Assembly (NCBI GenBank): GCA_011109175.1 | Contig: RDEW01000015.1 | Coordinates: 576,310 to 640,309, forward strand | From: Dicyema japonicum | Taxonomy: Eukaryota; Animalia; Dicyemida | Direction of reading: 5' to 3' | DNA length: 64,000 bases | In this document: positions 25,770 through 39,077 of the stretch, piece after piece | Layout: every line of letters starts with the position of its first letter | Numbering within the stretch: the first letter of the stretch is position 1 | Program-made: the position numbers and the translations under genes | The notes under the pieces: model-generated | Database searches by the model: none | Told to the model about the DNA's origin: nothing | The model's input: the letters and a program-made list of their open reading frames with translations, nothing else

Positions 25770-26502
25770 CCATCGATGAGCTAAAACCACAACTCGACCA
25801 GCATCGTCTGGCTTGTCTGGCTAACGCATCAACAAACGTAAGTGGTGCATGGCTCAAAGCATTCCCGTGCATTTCACTCGGAACTTTTCTGGACGATGAC
25901 TCCACGAGGATTGGGGTTTGCGTCCGCCTCGGAATCGATTTTTGCGCAATCCATCGCTGTAGATGTGGAGGAATAGTCGACGCGAAAGGACTCCACGCAC
26001 TTTCCTGCCGAAGGAGCGCTGGAAGGAGCCTGAGACATAGTGCAATCAACAAGGTTATTGCGTGGGGACTAGAAGCTGCCGGATTCCCTGTCCAGATGGA
26101 GCCCCTAGGACTTGCCACGGCAAACAGAATGCCGGATGGAGCGACTCTGTTCCCGTGGATGCTGGGAAGTACCTGGCCTGGGATGCCACCTGCGTGGATA
26201 GCTTCTCCCCTTCCAATATTACAATGAGTGCGACAAATCCAGGCTCAGCTGCAGAGAAAGCAGAAATACTTAAAGCAAAGAAGTACACATGCCTCGGCGA
26301 GCAGTACACATTTGAACCAGTCGCAGTCGAAACTTCGGGAGTCATAGGAAGCAGGTCGTTAGCCCTGCTCAACAAAATTGGATCGTTAGTCGCTAAAAGG
26401 AGGAGGGATGTCAGAGAGAAGGGATGGCTCATTGAGCGCATCTCCTTACAGATCGTAAGGGGAAATGCGCTCTCAATCCTGAGAGCAGCCAGTAGCCTTT
26501 AA
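25770..26502 (+). mobile_element. 5'-truncated CRE-like element (Zn-finger + RLE)
   Basis: CRCGGIVDAKGLHALSC..GRSLRHSAIN, PDG, WDATCVDS, EILKAKKY, FEPVAVETSG and ERISLQIVRGNA. Confidence 0.85.
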
Positions 26503-26579
26503 CTATTTGTTTTTATTCTTCAATAAATTGTTAGTGTCCCACTTTATTTAACAAACAATAAAAAAGTTAATATATTTAA

Positions 26580-27065
26580 TCAACAACCTTCCTCGCCTGC
26601 CTGTTCGCCAGCCTCATCAGGCAGGTTCGATTCTGGTTGCTGAAACAACTCCGAGAGCGCCTTGTCCAATTGAACCCTCTGCCCATATGGCATCTCAGGG
26701 CTCTGCCTCCTATACTCCAGTGTCAGGCTCTCTAGGGTCCGCTTTAACACAGTGGACTGTAGATAGGCCTGGAGCTTCCTATCTACCCCCAACTGCTTCA
26801 GATAACCCTTGTGGTACTTTGTTGCAATTCCTTCCCACGTCATTACTATAGGAATAACGAGGACCTTGCAACCAAGCATCTGCCCCATCTCGTTTGCAAG
26901 AAAGTCATACTTCCTTTTTTTTTCCACCTCCACAGTCTGCAAACGGTCTTGAGACGTGATGCCAACTTCTATGATAAGGACTTGGCCAGACTCCTTATCG
27001 TGTACCACAATGTCCGGTTTATTGTGCTTGACTAGCACCGAGGTATGGATAACACTGTCTACCTT
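26580..27065 (-). mobile_element. RLE-type non-LTR element (R4/NeSL-like) C-terminal endonuclease, intact 152-aa stretch
   Basis: HNKPDIVVHD..LIIEVGITSQDRLQTVEVEKKRKYDFLANE..IPIVMTWEG (PD-(D/E)xK RLE). Confidence 0.8.
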
Positions 27066-27074
27066 TTTTTGAAT

Positions 27075-30000
27075 TGTTCTACAGTTCTACAGTTCTACAA
27101 AAATAATAAATGGTTGTTAGAGGAAAAACATCAAATTCGAAAGCCACAAAAATGAGAACCAACAGCTCTTCTCGTCCCCCAAAATGTGCTACGGCTGGGT
27201 CGTTCACTTTGGGGCCCTCTAAACCTATAGAAGAACCAAAAATAGAAGATTCTACAGATAACAAGTCACTATTGATCACAGTTCACTGTACTATGAGTCC
27301 GATAAAAATTGCGAATATCCTACATTTTTACGATCAATATGGATCTTTGAGGATGAGCCACAAAGGACCGGGCTCCTTCCGATTAGATTTCCACGACAAT
27401 AACCACATGGTCGAATATATGAAGGCCATTAATGAGACCTGTCCCTTTGGACCTGACAACCACCACTTCAGAACGCTCATATCAAAACCTTGTGAGATTG
27501 TTCTCAGGAACCTTCCTTTCTGGGTGAGTGAGAACGACCTCCTTGCCTACCTTCAAAAGATGGCACCCTCAACTTTGATTGTAACCCGAATGTCAAAAGG
27601 ATCACAGCCTATGCCTATGGCAAAGGCCTCAGTTAGTAGTAATGCGGAGGCCTCATCGTTGATACGTTGTGGATTTTACATTGGATCAAACAAGATCGAG
27701 TGTGAGTGGATGAAGAGGCCCCCTCCATCTGCTACAACTGTGAACGCATCGGCCACATCGCGGCACAGTGTAAGGAAAAGAAGAGATGCATCAAGTGTGA
27801 AGGGGAGCACGATCTTCTTATGTGTGAATATCCATCGAACGTAGAGACCAAATGTATCAATTGTGGAGGAGCAGGACACAATACCCGCTATAGAGGATGT
27901 CCGGCAATGAGAGAAGCATCGAAGAAAATAATTTCCAGACAAACAGTGTCTAGAAAAGAAGAAATCAAGCCAATTCAAGAAATGAAGTGGACCAATACTT
28001 CACATACTCCTGATTGGCCGGTGGAGAGGAGCGCTAAAAGGAAAAATTTGCAGAGAAAGTCAGAAGTTTGCGAGATGGTCAAACAGACGGAAGAGATTAT
28101 GAAAACTGATAGTTCTCACATTCGTGATGGATCGGTGGATCTGGGCGCCAAACGTAAACATGAACAGAGCAAAGCAGGAATCCCCGAGTCGGTATCTCGG
28201 GAGCTGAATAAATTCTGAAAGTGGATTTTTGGAGTCTGGTGGACCTGGCTATGGAGAGCTCAGGCCACCAACCAAACCGTTTAAAAGTAAATTGAAAGTA
28301 GTGCTGGTGAATGCCCGCTTTCTGGTGAAAAGGCATGATGAACTAGCGCTACTTGTGAGGATTGCCAAGGTGGATGTCTTGGTAGTCAACGAGACGAAAA
28401 TCAAACAAGGAAAGAAATATAGTATGGAAGGATATAACTCGGTGGGCATTCCATGGAAAGATGGAGCAGTGGCTGGAACTGGAACTTCAATCTTTTTTCG
28501 AAACGGTTTGCAAACACGGAATGATTGCATTGTAATGGCCGATGAGTCGGAATTTGTATCCGTGGATATTCTATGTGGAGGGAAATGGATAAGCGTAGGA
28601 GGCCTATATTCTAAGGACTTGGCCCGATCTTCTGCGAAAATTGTCCAATTTTTCGAAACTAACCCGATGTCGATTTTGGTAGGAGACCTCAACGCTAAGA
28701 ATACGAGCTATGGATGCTGCAAAAATAATGGGGATGGGCGACTCCTTGCAGATCTGGCTAGCGAAATTGGAGTTGAGGTCTTGACGTCTAAAGAACCTAA
28801 CCATTTCTCATACAACGGAGCTGACATGTTGGGATTGGCTCTAGTGTCTCCACAGCTCCTGGATTATGTGGACGGACCATCGTTGCTTTAGGACATTGGG
28901 AGTGATCATATTCCGCAGGAAATATCTATAAACTTGGAACCAAACATTGCAGAAAATATTTTCCTATACTACGATACTTCGTCGATAGACTGGGTACATT
29001 ATCGTCATTATTTGTCTGAGACCTTACTATCGAAGACTATCTCTTGTTCTACACCTAATGAGCTGGACGTTTTCGACAGGGTACTATCCAGCACTATGCT
29101 GACGTATCTTCAATTATAAGGAAGGAAGGTTTACTCGAAGAGCTTTCTAAAGAGCAAAGATTCTTGCCCACCTATAATACGGGATCTTATTCGCGAGAGG
29201 AATACTCTAAAGGCGAAGTACAGACGATGTATTGATATGTGGGACAGGAAAATCTTGAAATACAGAATTGATGTGATCCAAACAATGCTACAAGAAGCTT
29301 GGAGAGTTAACGCTGAAAAAAAATTGAAGAGTGCAGCCTCTAAGGTTAACTGGAAAAACCCTTGTTTCTGGATAACGTACAGGAGGCTAACGAATGGGAG
29401 TTTAAAAGCGAAAAACATTAAGCTAGCCGATCAAAATGGAAGGACAATCCCATTGGAAAAAGGGGATTGTTGATCCTATTAGTGTTATAAATGAAAAGTT
29501 TTCAGAGGAGTTGCCTAATTTCATGGATTACTCTATGGAAGATCTGGGTAGTTTGACAGAAAGTCTCAATGGCAGAAGTTAGAACAGCAATTCGTGAATG
29601 CAAGAACAAGGCCCAGGATTTGATGGCATTCCTATGATTATGCTCAAAGAAGGTTCTGATGAACTATTGTCTGTTCTACGAGAGATATACGACTCGAGTT
29701 TCAGGCTCGGACACGTGCCTCTTTATGGAAACGATCTATTGTTAAGATGATCCTCAAGCCAGGAAAAGCAAGGAAAAATCCCCTCAGTTATAGGCCGATA
29801 AGTCTCATATGTTCTACATCAAAGATTATGGAACGTATTGTATTAAGAGACTGAATTGGTATATAGAGGGGAGCAACTTTCTACGACCTAATCAATTTGG
29901 TTTCTGTCCGGGAAGATCATGTGGAGATTGTATCCACTCACTAAACTACGAAATTATAAATACACTGGAGAAGAAAAGCCAGTTGAGCCTTATTTGTCTC

Positions 30001-30935
30001 GACATATCAAAGGCATTCGACAGTGTATGGCACGAGGCATTATTTCGTCAACTAGTTCGGTCTAAAATAACCAGAGAAATGTTCCTATGGCTGAAGACTA
30101 TCTAACTGGGAGGATATCCCACGTGGTAGTTAGTGGAAGTTATTCGGATGGAATATCATTTAAAAGAGGAGTGCCACAGGGATCTATTCTTAGCCCTTTG
30201 CAATTTAACATATTTATGGAAGATTTTCCGTCTCCGCAGAACGTCAGAACCAAGCTAATGATTTACGCGGACGACATTCTAATCCTGGATTCATCTTGAG
30301 GGCATACATCTCAGTGCGGCGACGTTTATCGACGAGTCCAGGGTTGGTGCGATCGGAGAGGCATGAAACTCTCGACTGAAAAATCCAGTTATTTGAGAAT
30401 AAGCAGGCCGGGTAGACATCAGGAGGAGCCCTACACTCTCTGTATACCGAGAGTTTCGTCATTGAAATACCTGGGGATTTCAGTCGATGGAGTGGATCAT
30501 ACATGAAGGACATCGAAGGGCGAAGGAAAAAGGCTTTGCAGGCACTGTACTGCACTAAAAGACTGAAGCTAGACGTCGATTCCATGCTCTTCATCTTCCG
30601 GAATGTGATTCTTCCCAGATCTACGGAAGCGAGGGATGGTTCTACACCCCTCGAGAGAAAGGATTCTCGCCCGACTGGAGAGAACACGGCGGGCGGCGAT
30701 AAAACTAGCCCTCGGTAAGAAATTACATGAAGCCCTGACGGAGGAAGAGAACAAACTTGTTCAGGCCGATCAAGGAGGACATCGAATTAGGACGTCAAAG
30801 TAAATAGACATAGGATGGATTGTCAGATAAAAAGGTACCGGGATGAAGAGTCTAGCCTAACAGGCAGACTTATTAGTACCTAATTCGTAACATGTTGTTG
30901 ATTTTTCATTTCATTTCATTTCCTTGTTTGTTGTA
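27075..30935 (+). mobile_element. Near full-length family B LINE: 5' (GTTCTACA)n, gag-like ORF1 with zinc knuckles, APE-RT ORF2, (CATTT)n tail
   Basis: ORF1 knuckles CYNCERIGH..C, CIKCEGEH..C and CINCGGAGH..C. APE VDVLVVNETK and VGDLNAK. RT YRPISL, DISKAFDSVWH, GVPQGSILSP and YADD. One nonsense codon at 28889-28891 plus frameshifts. Confidence 0.9.
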
Positions 30936-30939
30936 AATT

Positions 30940-32935
30940 GGAAGTTCTACAGTTCTACTACAGTTCTACAGTGAAGTTATACAAAATAAATGGTTAAGAA
31001 AACAAACACCAAGAGACCTGTATTACACTAAAGTAAAAACCACTAAAGTGAAAAGCTCTTCTCGTCCTCCGGGGAGTGCTACTGCTGAATCATTCTCTCT
31101 AGAGGACAAGTCTCCGCATAAGGCTGAAATTGTTAAACCAGCGATTGTCATTACAAAATACGATCCCAAGGATATGTCTAAATATACAGATGAACTAATG
31201 AAATCCAATCATTCAGAGAACAAGACTATATTAATTACAGTGAATTCTACTATGAATGCGATTAAAATCGCAAATGTTTTACAATACTATGACCAATACG
31301 GATCTATGAGAATGAGCCACAGAGGACCGGCCTCTTTCCGACTGGATTTCCTGGATAACTCCCATGTGGCCACCTTTATAGAGGCGGTGAATGAGACCTG
31401 TCCCTTTGGTAATGACAATCACCATTTCAAGACAATCTCAACAAAACCGTCTGAGATTGTCCTCAGGAACCTCCCCTTCTGGGTAAAGGAAGACGATCTC
31501 CTGGACTACCTTCAGGAGATGGCTCCCTCAGTCACGAAGGTTACCCGAATGACCAGAGGATCGTAGGCCATACCATTGGCGAAGGCCACGATCAATATGA
31601 AGTCGAAGGCTACATCAATAATTAGATGTGGCTTCTACATCGGGACGAGCAAGATTTCTTGTGAATGGATGCGAAGAGGACCACCAATCTGCTACAGTTG
31701 TCAGAAATCAGCCACTTTGCATACCAGTGCACGGGAAAGAAAAAATGCTTCCGTTGCGCGGAGAACACGACACCACCAAGTGTGATCCGGATCCAACTCT
31801 TGAACGAAAATGTGTTAACTGCGGTCAACAAGACACGACAAGATACGAAGGATGCCCTGTATTCGTGGAGGTCAGACGAAAGTTAAACTCCCGAATCGAC
31901 AACAGGGAACAGAAACAGACGGATATTATAACCAAAAAATTGGAACCGCCAGCCCAAAAAAGGATAATTGGCCCAAGTACTAACAAGTCCGAAGCTGCAC
32001 CTCCTCCACGAGAGTCGGCCTGGCTACCGAAGGAAAAGTTATCAGGGAGTATTACAAAAGAACTAAAGGAAATAGTATCAAGACTGATGGAACTAAGTAA
32101 CATACTCGGATGGATTTACGCAATATGGTGGTCCTGGCCATGGAGAGTCCGGGCCATCAACAAGAAAATTGAAAAGAAACTTGAAGATAGTGCTGGTGAA
32201 CGCCCGATCCCAAAAGAAGAGGCGTCATGACCGGCACTAATACTATCGTCCACCAAGATTGACATCCTGGTGGTCAACGAGACCAAAGAGAAAAAGACCA
32301 ACAACACAATGCTAGAGGGATACAATTCTATAGAAATTCCATGGATCGAAGGTGCAGAAGCTGGTACTGGAACCACATTGTTCTACAGTGAAGTTCTACA
32401 GATACGTGAGCCAAAAATTATTATGAATACACACTGTGAATTTGTTTCCATCGAGGTGAGATGCTGCGGCAGTTGGATTCACGTCGGTGGAATGTATTCA
32501 AATGACCTTAAAAAGTGTTCCACAGAAATTGAAGAATTCTTCACAAAAAATGATATGTCTACCCTAGTGGGTGATCTAAATGGCAAAAACATTGAATATG
32601 GATGCCTCGGTACTAACGATGATGGAATCAGACTAAGGAAATTGAGTGATAAAACTGGATTTGAGATTTTGACATCTGAAAAACCGAATCATTACTCGCA
32701 CTACAGGGGAGACATGCTTGGGTGTTCCTAGAGTCACCACCACTCTACAATTATGTAGAAAAGCCGATGATCATGTGGGACATCGGGAGTGATCATATAC
32801 CCAATGATCATATGGGACATCGGATTACTTAGAAAAAAGGGTACCGGGATGAAGAGTCTAGGCCTAACAGGCAGACTTAGTACCTAATTCGTAACATGTT
32901 GTTGGTTTTTCATTTCATTTTCATTGTTTGTTGTT
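30940..32935 (+). mobile_element. Family B LINE derivative: ORF1 + APE joined to the element 3' end, RT missing
   Basis: ORF1 and APE are homologous to 27110-28920. After DIGSDH the sequence jumps to a ~105-nt 3' end nearly identical to 30825-30934. Confidence 0.85.
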
Positions 32936-33038
32936 CTTGGGTCCTATTAAATTGGTCGCCATATTTTTTTAGTTTATGGGTTATTCTAAGTCCATAAGTT
33001 TAACCACCTAGGCTCGGTAACACCCTAGGCTCGTGACA

Positions 33039-33434
33039 TATTATGCTCGTTCCTACTCCGATGTGAGGCTTCAAGTCTCGTATAATAAACAAAATCAGAG
33101 ATAAAGGATCTCCTTGAGGGGTACCAATTGTCGTTTCAAATGTCCTCGATAAAGCTTTCCCAGTCCTGATCATCAAACTTGTGTCCATCAGGAGTTTCCT
33201 GACCATCCTAATCGTTGAGTCTTCCAAGAAGTTCTCCAGTATTTGCAGCAGGTTGTTTTTGTTGACGGAATCAAAGTCCTTTGACATATCAATCCCCAGA
33301 CTGGTTGTCGTTATTTTAAATTTTTGAACAGTCGCACTTATCCATTTGTGGGTCCATATAACATCTGACGTTGATCTCCCTTTGCGGAAGCCACTTTGAT
33401 AAGCCGACAGGCACGAGTCTAGACGTCCTTCCAT
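33039..33434 (-). mobile_element. 5' half of the RTE-like element split by the TIR element
   Basis: QSGFRKGRSTSD, LGIDMSKDFDSV, TTIGTPQGDPLS. Ends ...GVGTSII at the TSD. Confidence 0.85.
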
Positions 33435-34269
33435 TCCTAAGAATTTAAATTATAGATGAGGATTAACTACAAAAGTCGTCATAAACTCATAGGCGAAAGG
33501 ATCAGCAAAAAACGTTTACTTTTTCGTTGATTAATTTGATCATAGTTACCGTCGATGGTAATTTTTTCTTAATGTTGTCTCTGAAATTTTCAAAGAGGGA
33601 AAGAACCAGGTATTTCGGTCTTTCTTCGCTTGAGACAAAGCCCATTAATAACATGGATAGATAATTTTACTTAGGTGTGCCCACTGCTGTCACTACATAG
33701 TGTTTCAGATATGGTCCCTCAACATTGTTTCAAGAGAAGAGTCTGTACCAAAATGAACGAATCACAGTTCAGAAAACTTTTAAATATCTCAATCAGCTTT
33801 CCTTGGCGTGCTGATTATGAATCATACAAATTTGCCGCAGAAGGGATTCTCACCAGAAGATTCGGTGCACCCAATTCAAAGATTATGTATTGCTAATTCT
33901 GAGTACGTCTATAGACCATCCACAATATGAGAATAAGTACCTCCAACAGCCATGGAGCTATTATTTATTCAACCCCAGATACACCGAAGGATAAGTTAAC
34001 AGTTAACACTTAATTAAGAGTATCCAGTTCCCACGGTTTCAGAGACAAAATTAAAAAAGGGAGAGTTTGATCGTCTTTTTGAGTAAAGTTGGAATGAAAT
34101 TACCGCTAATAGAGCCCTAATTACTTATTGTAATTCCAGTGATCATTTTGTCATGCACAAAAAGCAAAAGCAATTTTGAAGATTGGTTATGATCTTTTTT
34201 TTAAAAGTGTGGATCGTCCACTTCTTCGAATATCAAAAAGTTAGTTAACTGGAAGTGATATTTTAAATC

Positions 34270-34600
34270 ATTGCCATAACAACCAGTTTATTATCATGTT
34301 GAAAACGTGATTAGCGAATGTGAGAAATAGTCTAACATTCTGAAAAGCCTCTGGAATTACGGAGAACCGGAAACCATCCAGTCCTGAATTCTGTCTACAA
34401 ACAGTATATCGAACTAGCATCTCCTAAACGTGTGCTTATCTCGGACAAATTCCATGAAGATCGAAGTCATCAAAAAGGGCTTTTAAAGTTATGAAGCCAT
34501 GGACTTAAGGGAAGGTCCCCTCTCCAATGCCCCTGGATTTCCTGAACCGAGGAGCGAGCCCGTGCGACTACGAGAATCGAGCTGTACGACCTTTATGTAC
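34270..34600 (+). mobile_element. Family A LINE fragment
   Basis: ECEK.SNILKSL..TGNHPVLNSVYKQYIE parallels KCEKRINVLKCL..TGTHPVLMNIYKQFIE at 57390-57490. Confidence 0.5.
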
Positions 34601-34899
34601 TTGTGTGGGATCGAAGGAGGAACATGGTGCCAAGTTGAGTGACGTATCTCTATTGCACTAATTGTCTATTTAGCTTTGTTCCTTATAAAAGCCATGTCTT
34701 CCTCCCTCTCGTGGATATGGACGAAGTAACGAAATCATGAAACATTGGAAAAACGAAATCTGAATAAGTGTTGGAAGCAGTAGGTTCGCATCTCGACCAG
34801 CCCAAAATTGAAAGAACTTAGATGATCATCTGTCAGAAGCCGGACATGTAGTATGATAGTTAATATAAATTATGTATGCTGATAATATAGAGTTTACCA

Positions 34900-35210
34900 A
34901 TCAATTGTGTCAGAACCAGAAACTGTCAGTCATTGTGATGACTGCAACTAACCCTGGCACTGCTTCGGAAAAAGTCTGAGACGCTAAAGTAGAAGAAATA
35001 TGAATGTCTCGGTGGATAGTTCAGCTTTGAACCAGTTGCCATGGAAACATCAGGACTCAGGAAGTAGATCACTAATTCTGCTGAACCATATCGGATAGCT
35101 TATCCCAAGAAAGAAAATGATAAAAGAGAAAGGAGCTGGCTCGTTGAGCGCATTTCCTTGCAGATTGTCGGGTGTAATGCGTTCTGATTCTGAGAGTAGC
35201 CAGTAATTGT
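34900..35210 (+). mobile_element. CRE-like RLE 3' fragment
   Basis: FEPVAMETSG and RERSWLVERISLQIV. Close to 26200-26500. Confidence 0.75.
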
Positions 35211-35324
35211 TAAACAAAAAAAATAATAGCCAAGCAGTCAGGGCCGTTGTCTGACAATTTGTTCATTTTATTTTGTCATTAAAAAAAACGAGCTTTATTT
35301 TTACGGAAAACATAATTAAATCAA

Positions 35325-35630
35325 AATGATGTACTTTTGGGAAAGTGCTCCTCAACAACTCCTCTGGAATCCTAATTCGTAAAAACAAAGGGTACGTCCA
35401 TGCAACTAGAATCACCGTGTTTAACGCTCAATTGTGGTTCGAAGGAGGAGCATCGGACTAAGATGAGGTCACTACTTCAACATGCAGGGATCACCTAATT
35501 CTGTTCAATTTGGTATTTGAAATTTTCCATTCCATTCCAAGTGCTGATGCGGGTGCATATTTACTGGACTCGAAAACTGACTAGGATGCTGAAGGATAAA
35601 TTAATTTTTGTCTCTTATGGGACCGAAGAC
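35325..35630 (+). repeat. LINE 3' end plus 3' UTR; inverted copy at 38625-38950
   Basis: EEHRTKMRSLLQHAGIT* followed by ~130 nt shared with the reverse complement of 38625-38800. Confidence 0.75.
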
Positions 35631-36218
35631 CTATTCCTCTATAGAGAGTATTGAAGTGACAAAAAGATTCTCTAAATGAGGAGTTTCTGAGAATAAGAAG
35701 TTTTATTTTTCTCATCCACAACATCTCTGGTATGATATGATGAACTTATTTCACGTATTCAACTTTTTAATGACACTGGGTTCCAAGTCTCAACAAAAAA
35801 TCTCAAATGCAAAAAAGACAACTTCAAGTACTAATATTGTTAGTTTTAGCAGTAATTTTAATTTTATACATCAAATAGTGAAGAAGGTCATAGATACCTT
35901 ACATGATTAATAAGATACTACACCATAGTGCGCCTCGTTCACAGCCTGCTAGCCCCTGTGGAGGACAATTCTCGACGTCTGACATCCTATTCATCGTTGT
36001 CCCGTATGGTTTATTTCAAAATTGCCATTTTATTGTTAAATTATAAACTCAAAATATAACTTCAAATATCAATTTTAAAATGTCAGTCCCCGGTACTTGA
36101 CCTAGAGGATAGAAAGAGAGCAGATGAGATGATCATTTATCCATTCTCACGTGGCAATTTTGAAATATTAAATTTATTAACCGAATAATAATAAAGGTCA
36201 GAGACAGGAGAAATATTA

Positions 36219-37372
<1,154 letters not shown>

Positions 37373-38149
37373 CAATTTCGTTAGATTTTACATAAATTTA
37401 TAGTCATATGTGGTCGATTATTAATAGCCTCGTCATCAAATTATTGTTTTGGGTAAAAATTCAATTAAAACTACTTTTTAATTGAATTTTTTATGTCTGC
37501 TTCCAAATTGTTAAAATTAGTACGCAGTGCATTTTCTCCTACGGTTTGTGCTGAACCATGTTCAATCAGCCATCCCTCTTCTCAGCTGTCCTCATTTTTC
37601 CTACCAACAATAGCACGTAGGAATGAAAGCAATTTAGGTCATAGAGGATTCAACACCTATGCTTAAGAGATTCCAGTCTCTCAATCTCGTGGTTGGACGA
37701 GATTGTAACTGTGTACCCAACACTTCCTTTGTTCAGGAAGTCATGAGGTTTCATCCACCATGAAGTCCAGTTGGCATTTCATTCAAGAGGAATGCCACTG
37801 TCATAATCTACCGACTAATTAACATGTGGCTACTGATGCAGCGTTAACCTCTTATTTCCTTGATCAAATAAATAAAAATTTTAACTTTTGCAAACAAACA
37901 AAAATGTATTAAAAGTCAAACGTATTAAATCATATTAATTAACGAAATAATAAAATAGTCAGGCAATGTGTTCTGAGATATCCTCAGTTTAAATTCACTC
38001 ATCGAATAAAATTACTTGAATTTGGAAATTTTGTCTAAAAATCAATAATCCCTTCATCATTTTCCACAAAAACCAAAAACTAATTCCAAAAAGTCCAAAG
38101 AACTTTTGGGAGTAAACATTACAAGTTTTTTTTGGAATTAAAAAAATCT

Positions 38150-38340
38150 TTGTTTCGAAGAGGCAATTGAAGACCCAATATTTATTCTTTATAATACTCA
38201 TATTTATATCATTACACAAATTCTAGAGTCGAATGAAACAGCAAACATGCTATTCTTTATTTGCCTCCTCACTCACCATTTCTCAATCCAGTTGAGACTG
38301 TATTCAGTACATAGAGAAACCATGTTTCCAGAGAAGCGGC
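38150..38340 (+). mobile_element. Tc1/IS630-like transposase fragment
   Basis: KHAILYLPPHSPFLNPVETVFS matches the DDE_3 motif LPPYSPxLNPIE. Confidence 0.55.
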
Positions 38341-38624
38341 TGAAAGTTAGGAAATGCATTGAATTTGATTAAGGATCGATGCATAGAACCAGTCTCCATG
38401 AAATTAAATTAGGTTTGGATGACCTTGGCGTAAAACAAAAACATTAAAAAATTAGGCTCCAGTTGTCAGAGACAGTGGACATTGGTGCAGACGATAGCAA
38501 TTCCCAAGTGCTGTGAAAACAATCTCCGTTCGCAAGTCTCTGAATCGCGTCTCAATGGTATTTCCGATTTTGTAGACCACTCTTTTAGAGAATCTTTTCG
38601 TCACTTCAACACTCTCTATAATGG

Positions 38625-38950
38625 TTTGTCGTCGGTCCCATAAGAGAAAAAAAAAATTTACCCTTCAGCATCCCGAGTCAGTGTTCGAGTGCAGTAAATA
38701 TGTACTCTCTAGATTCGACGAGTTGAATGTATGCTCTCATCAGGACTTAATGAAATGGAAATTTTCAAAGACCACAATAGAACAGAGTTAGGTGATGCCT
38801 ACAAACTGCAGTAGTGACCACGTGGCCCGATGCTTTTCCTTCAAACCACAGCGCGTAGAACCTGATGATTCTAGCTGCATGGCGTACCCTCCTCTTTACG
38901 AATTAGGGATTGTTGAAGGAGCATTTTTCCAGAAGTACATCACTCCGTAA
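38625..38950 (-). repeat. Second copy of the LINE 3' end plus UTR at 35325-35630
   Basis: KHRATWSLLQFVGIT* and a shared UTR ending cttatgggaccgacgac. Confidence 0.75.
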
Positions 38951-39077
38951 CGGTAACACATTTTCCTGACTGGAAACAGCCTTAATATTAATTTTTGTTA
39001 ATTTTAATTAAAAATATAAAATAAATAAAACTTATCTGACCAAATGAAAGTTAATAAATTGTATTTATTTAAAATTA

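Larger units (their letters stand above)
25461..33038. mobile_element. TIR element with TGT...ACA ends and 5-bp TSD (Ginger2/TDD-like, non-autonomous), swollen by nested retroelements
   Basis: 32-bp TIRs at 25461-25492 and 33007-33038 (1 mismatch), TGTCACGAGCCTAGGGTG(C/T)TACCGAGCCTAGG. TATTA at 25456-25460 and 33039-33043. Removing the element restores RT ...GTSIIAYSDDVDF. Confidence 0.82.

Noticed and set aside
38675-38745. C/D box snoRNA reading (TGATGA...CTGA) on the minus strand
   Set aside because: The sister copy has TGATGC and a much shorter spacing, I see no rRNA-complementary guide, and it lies in a LINE 3' UTR.
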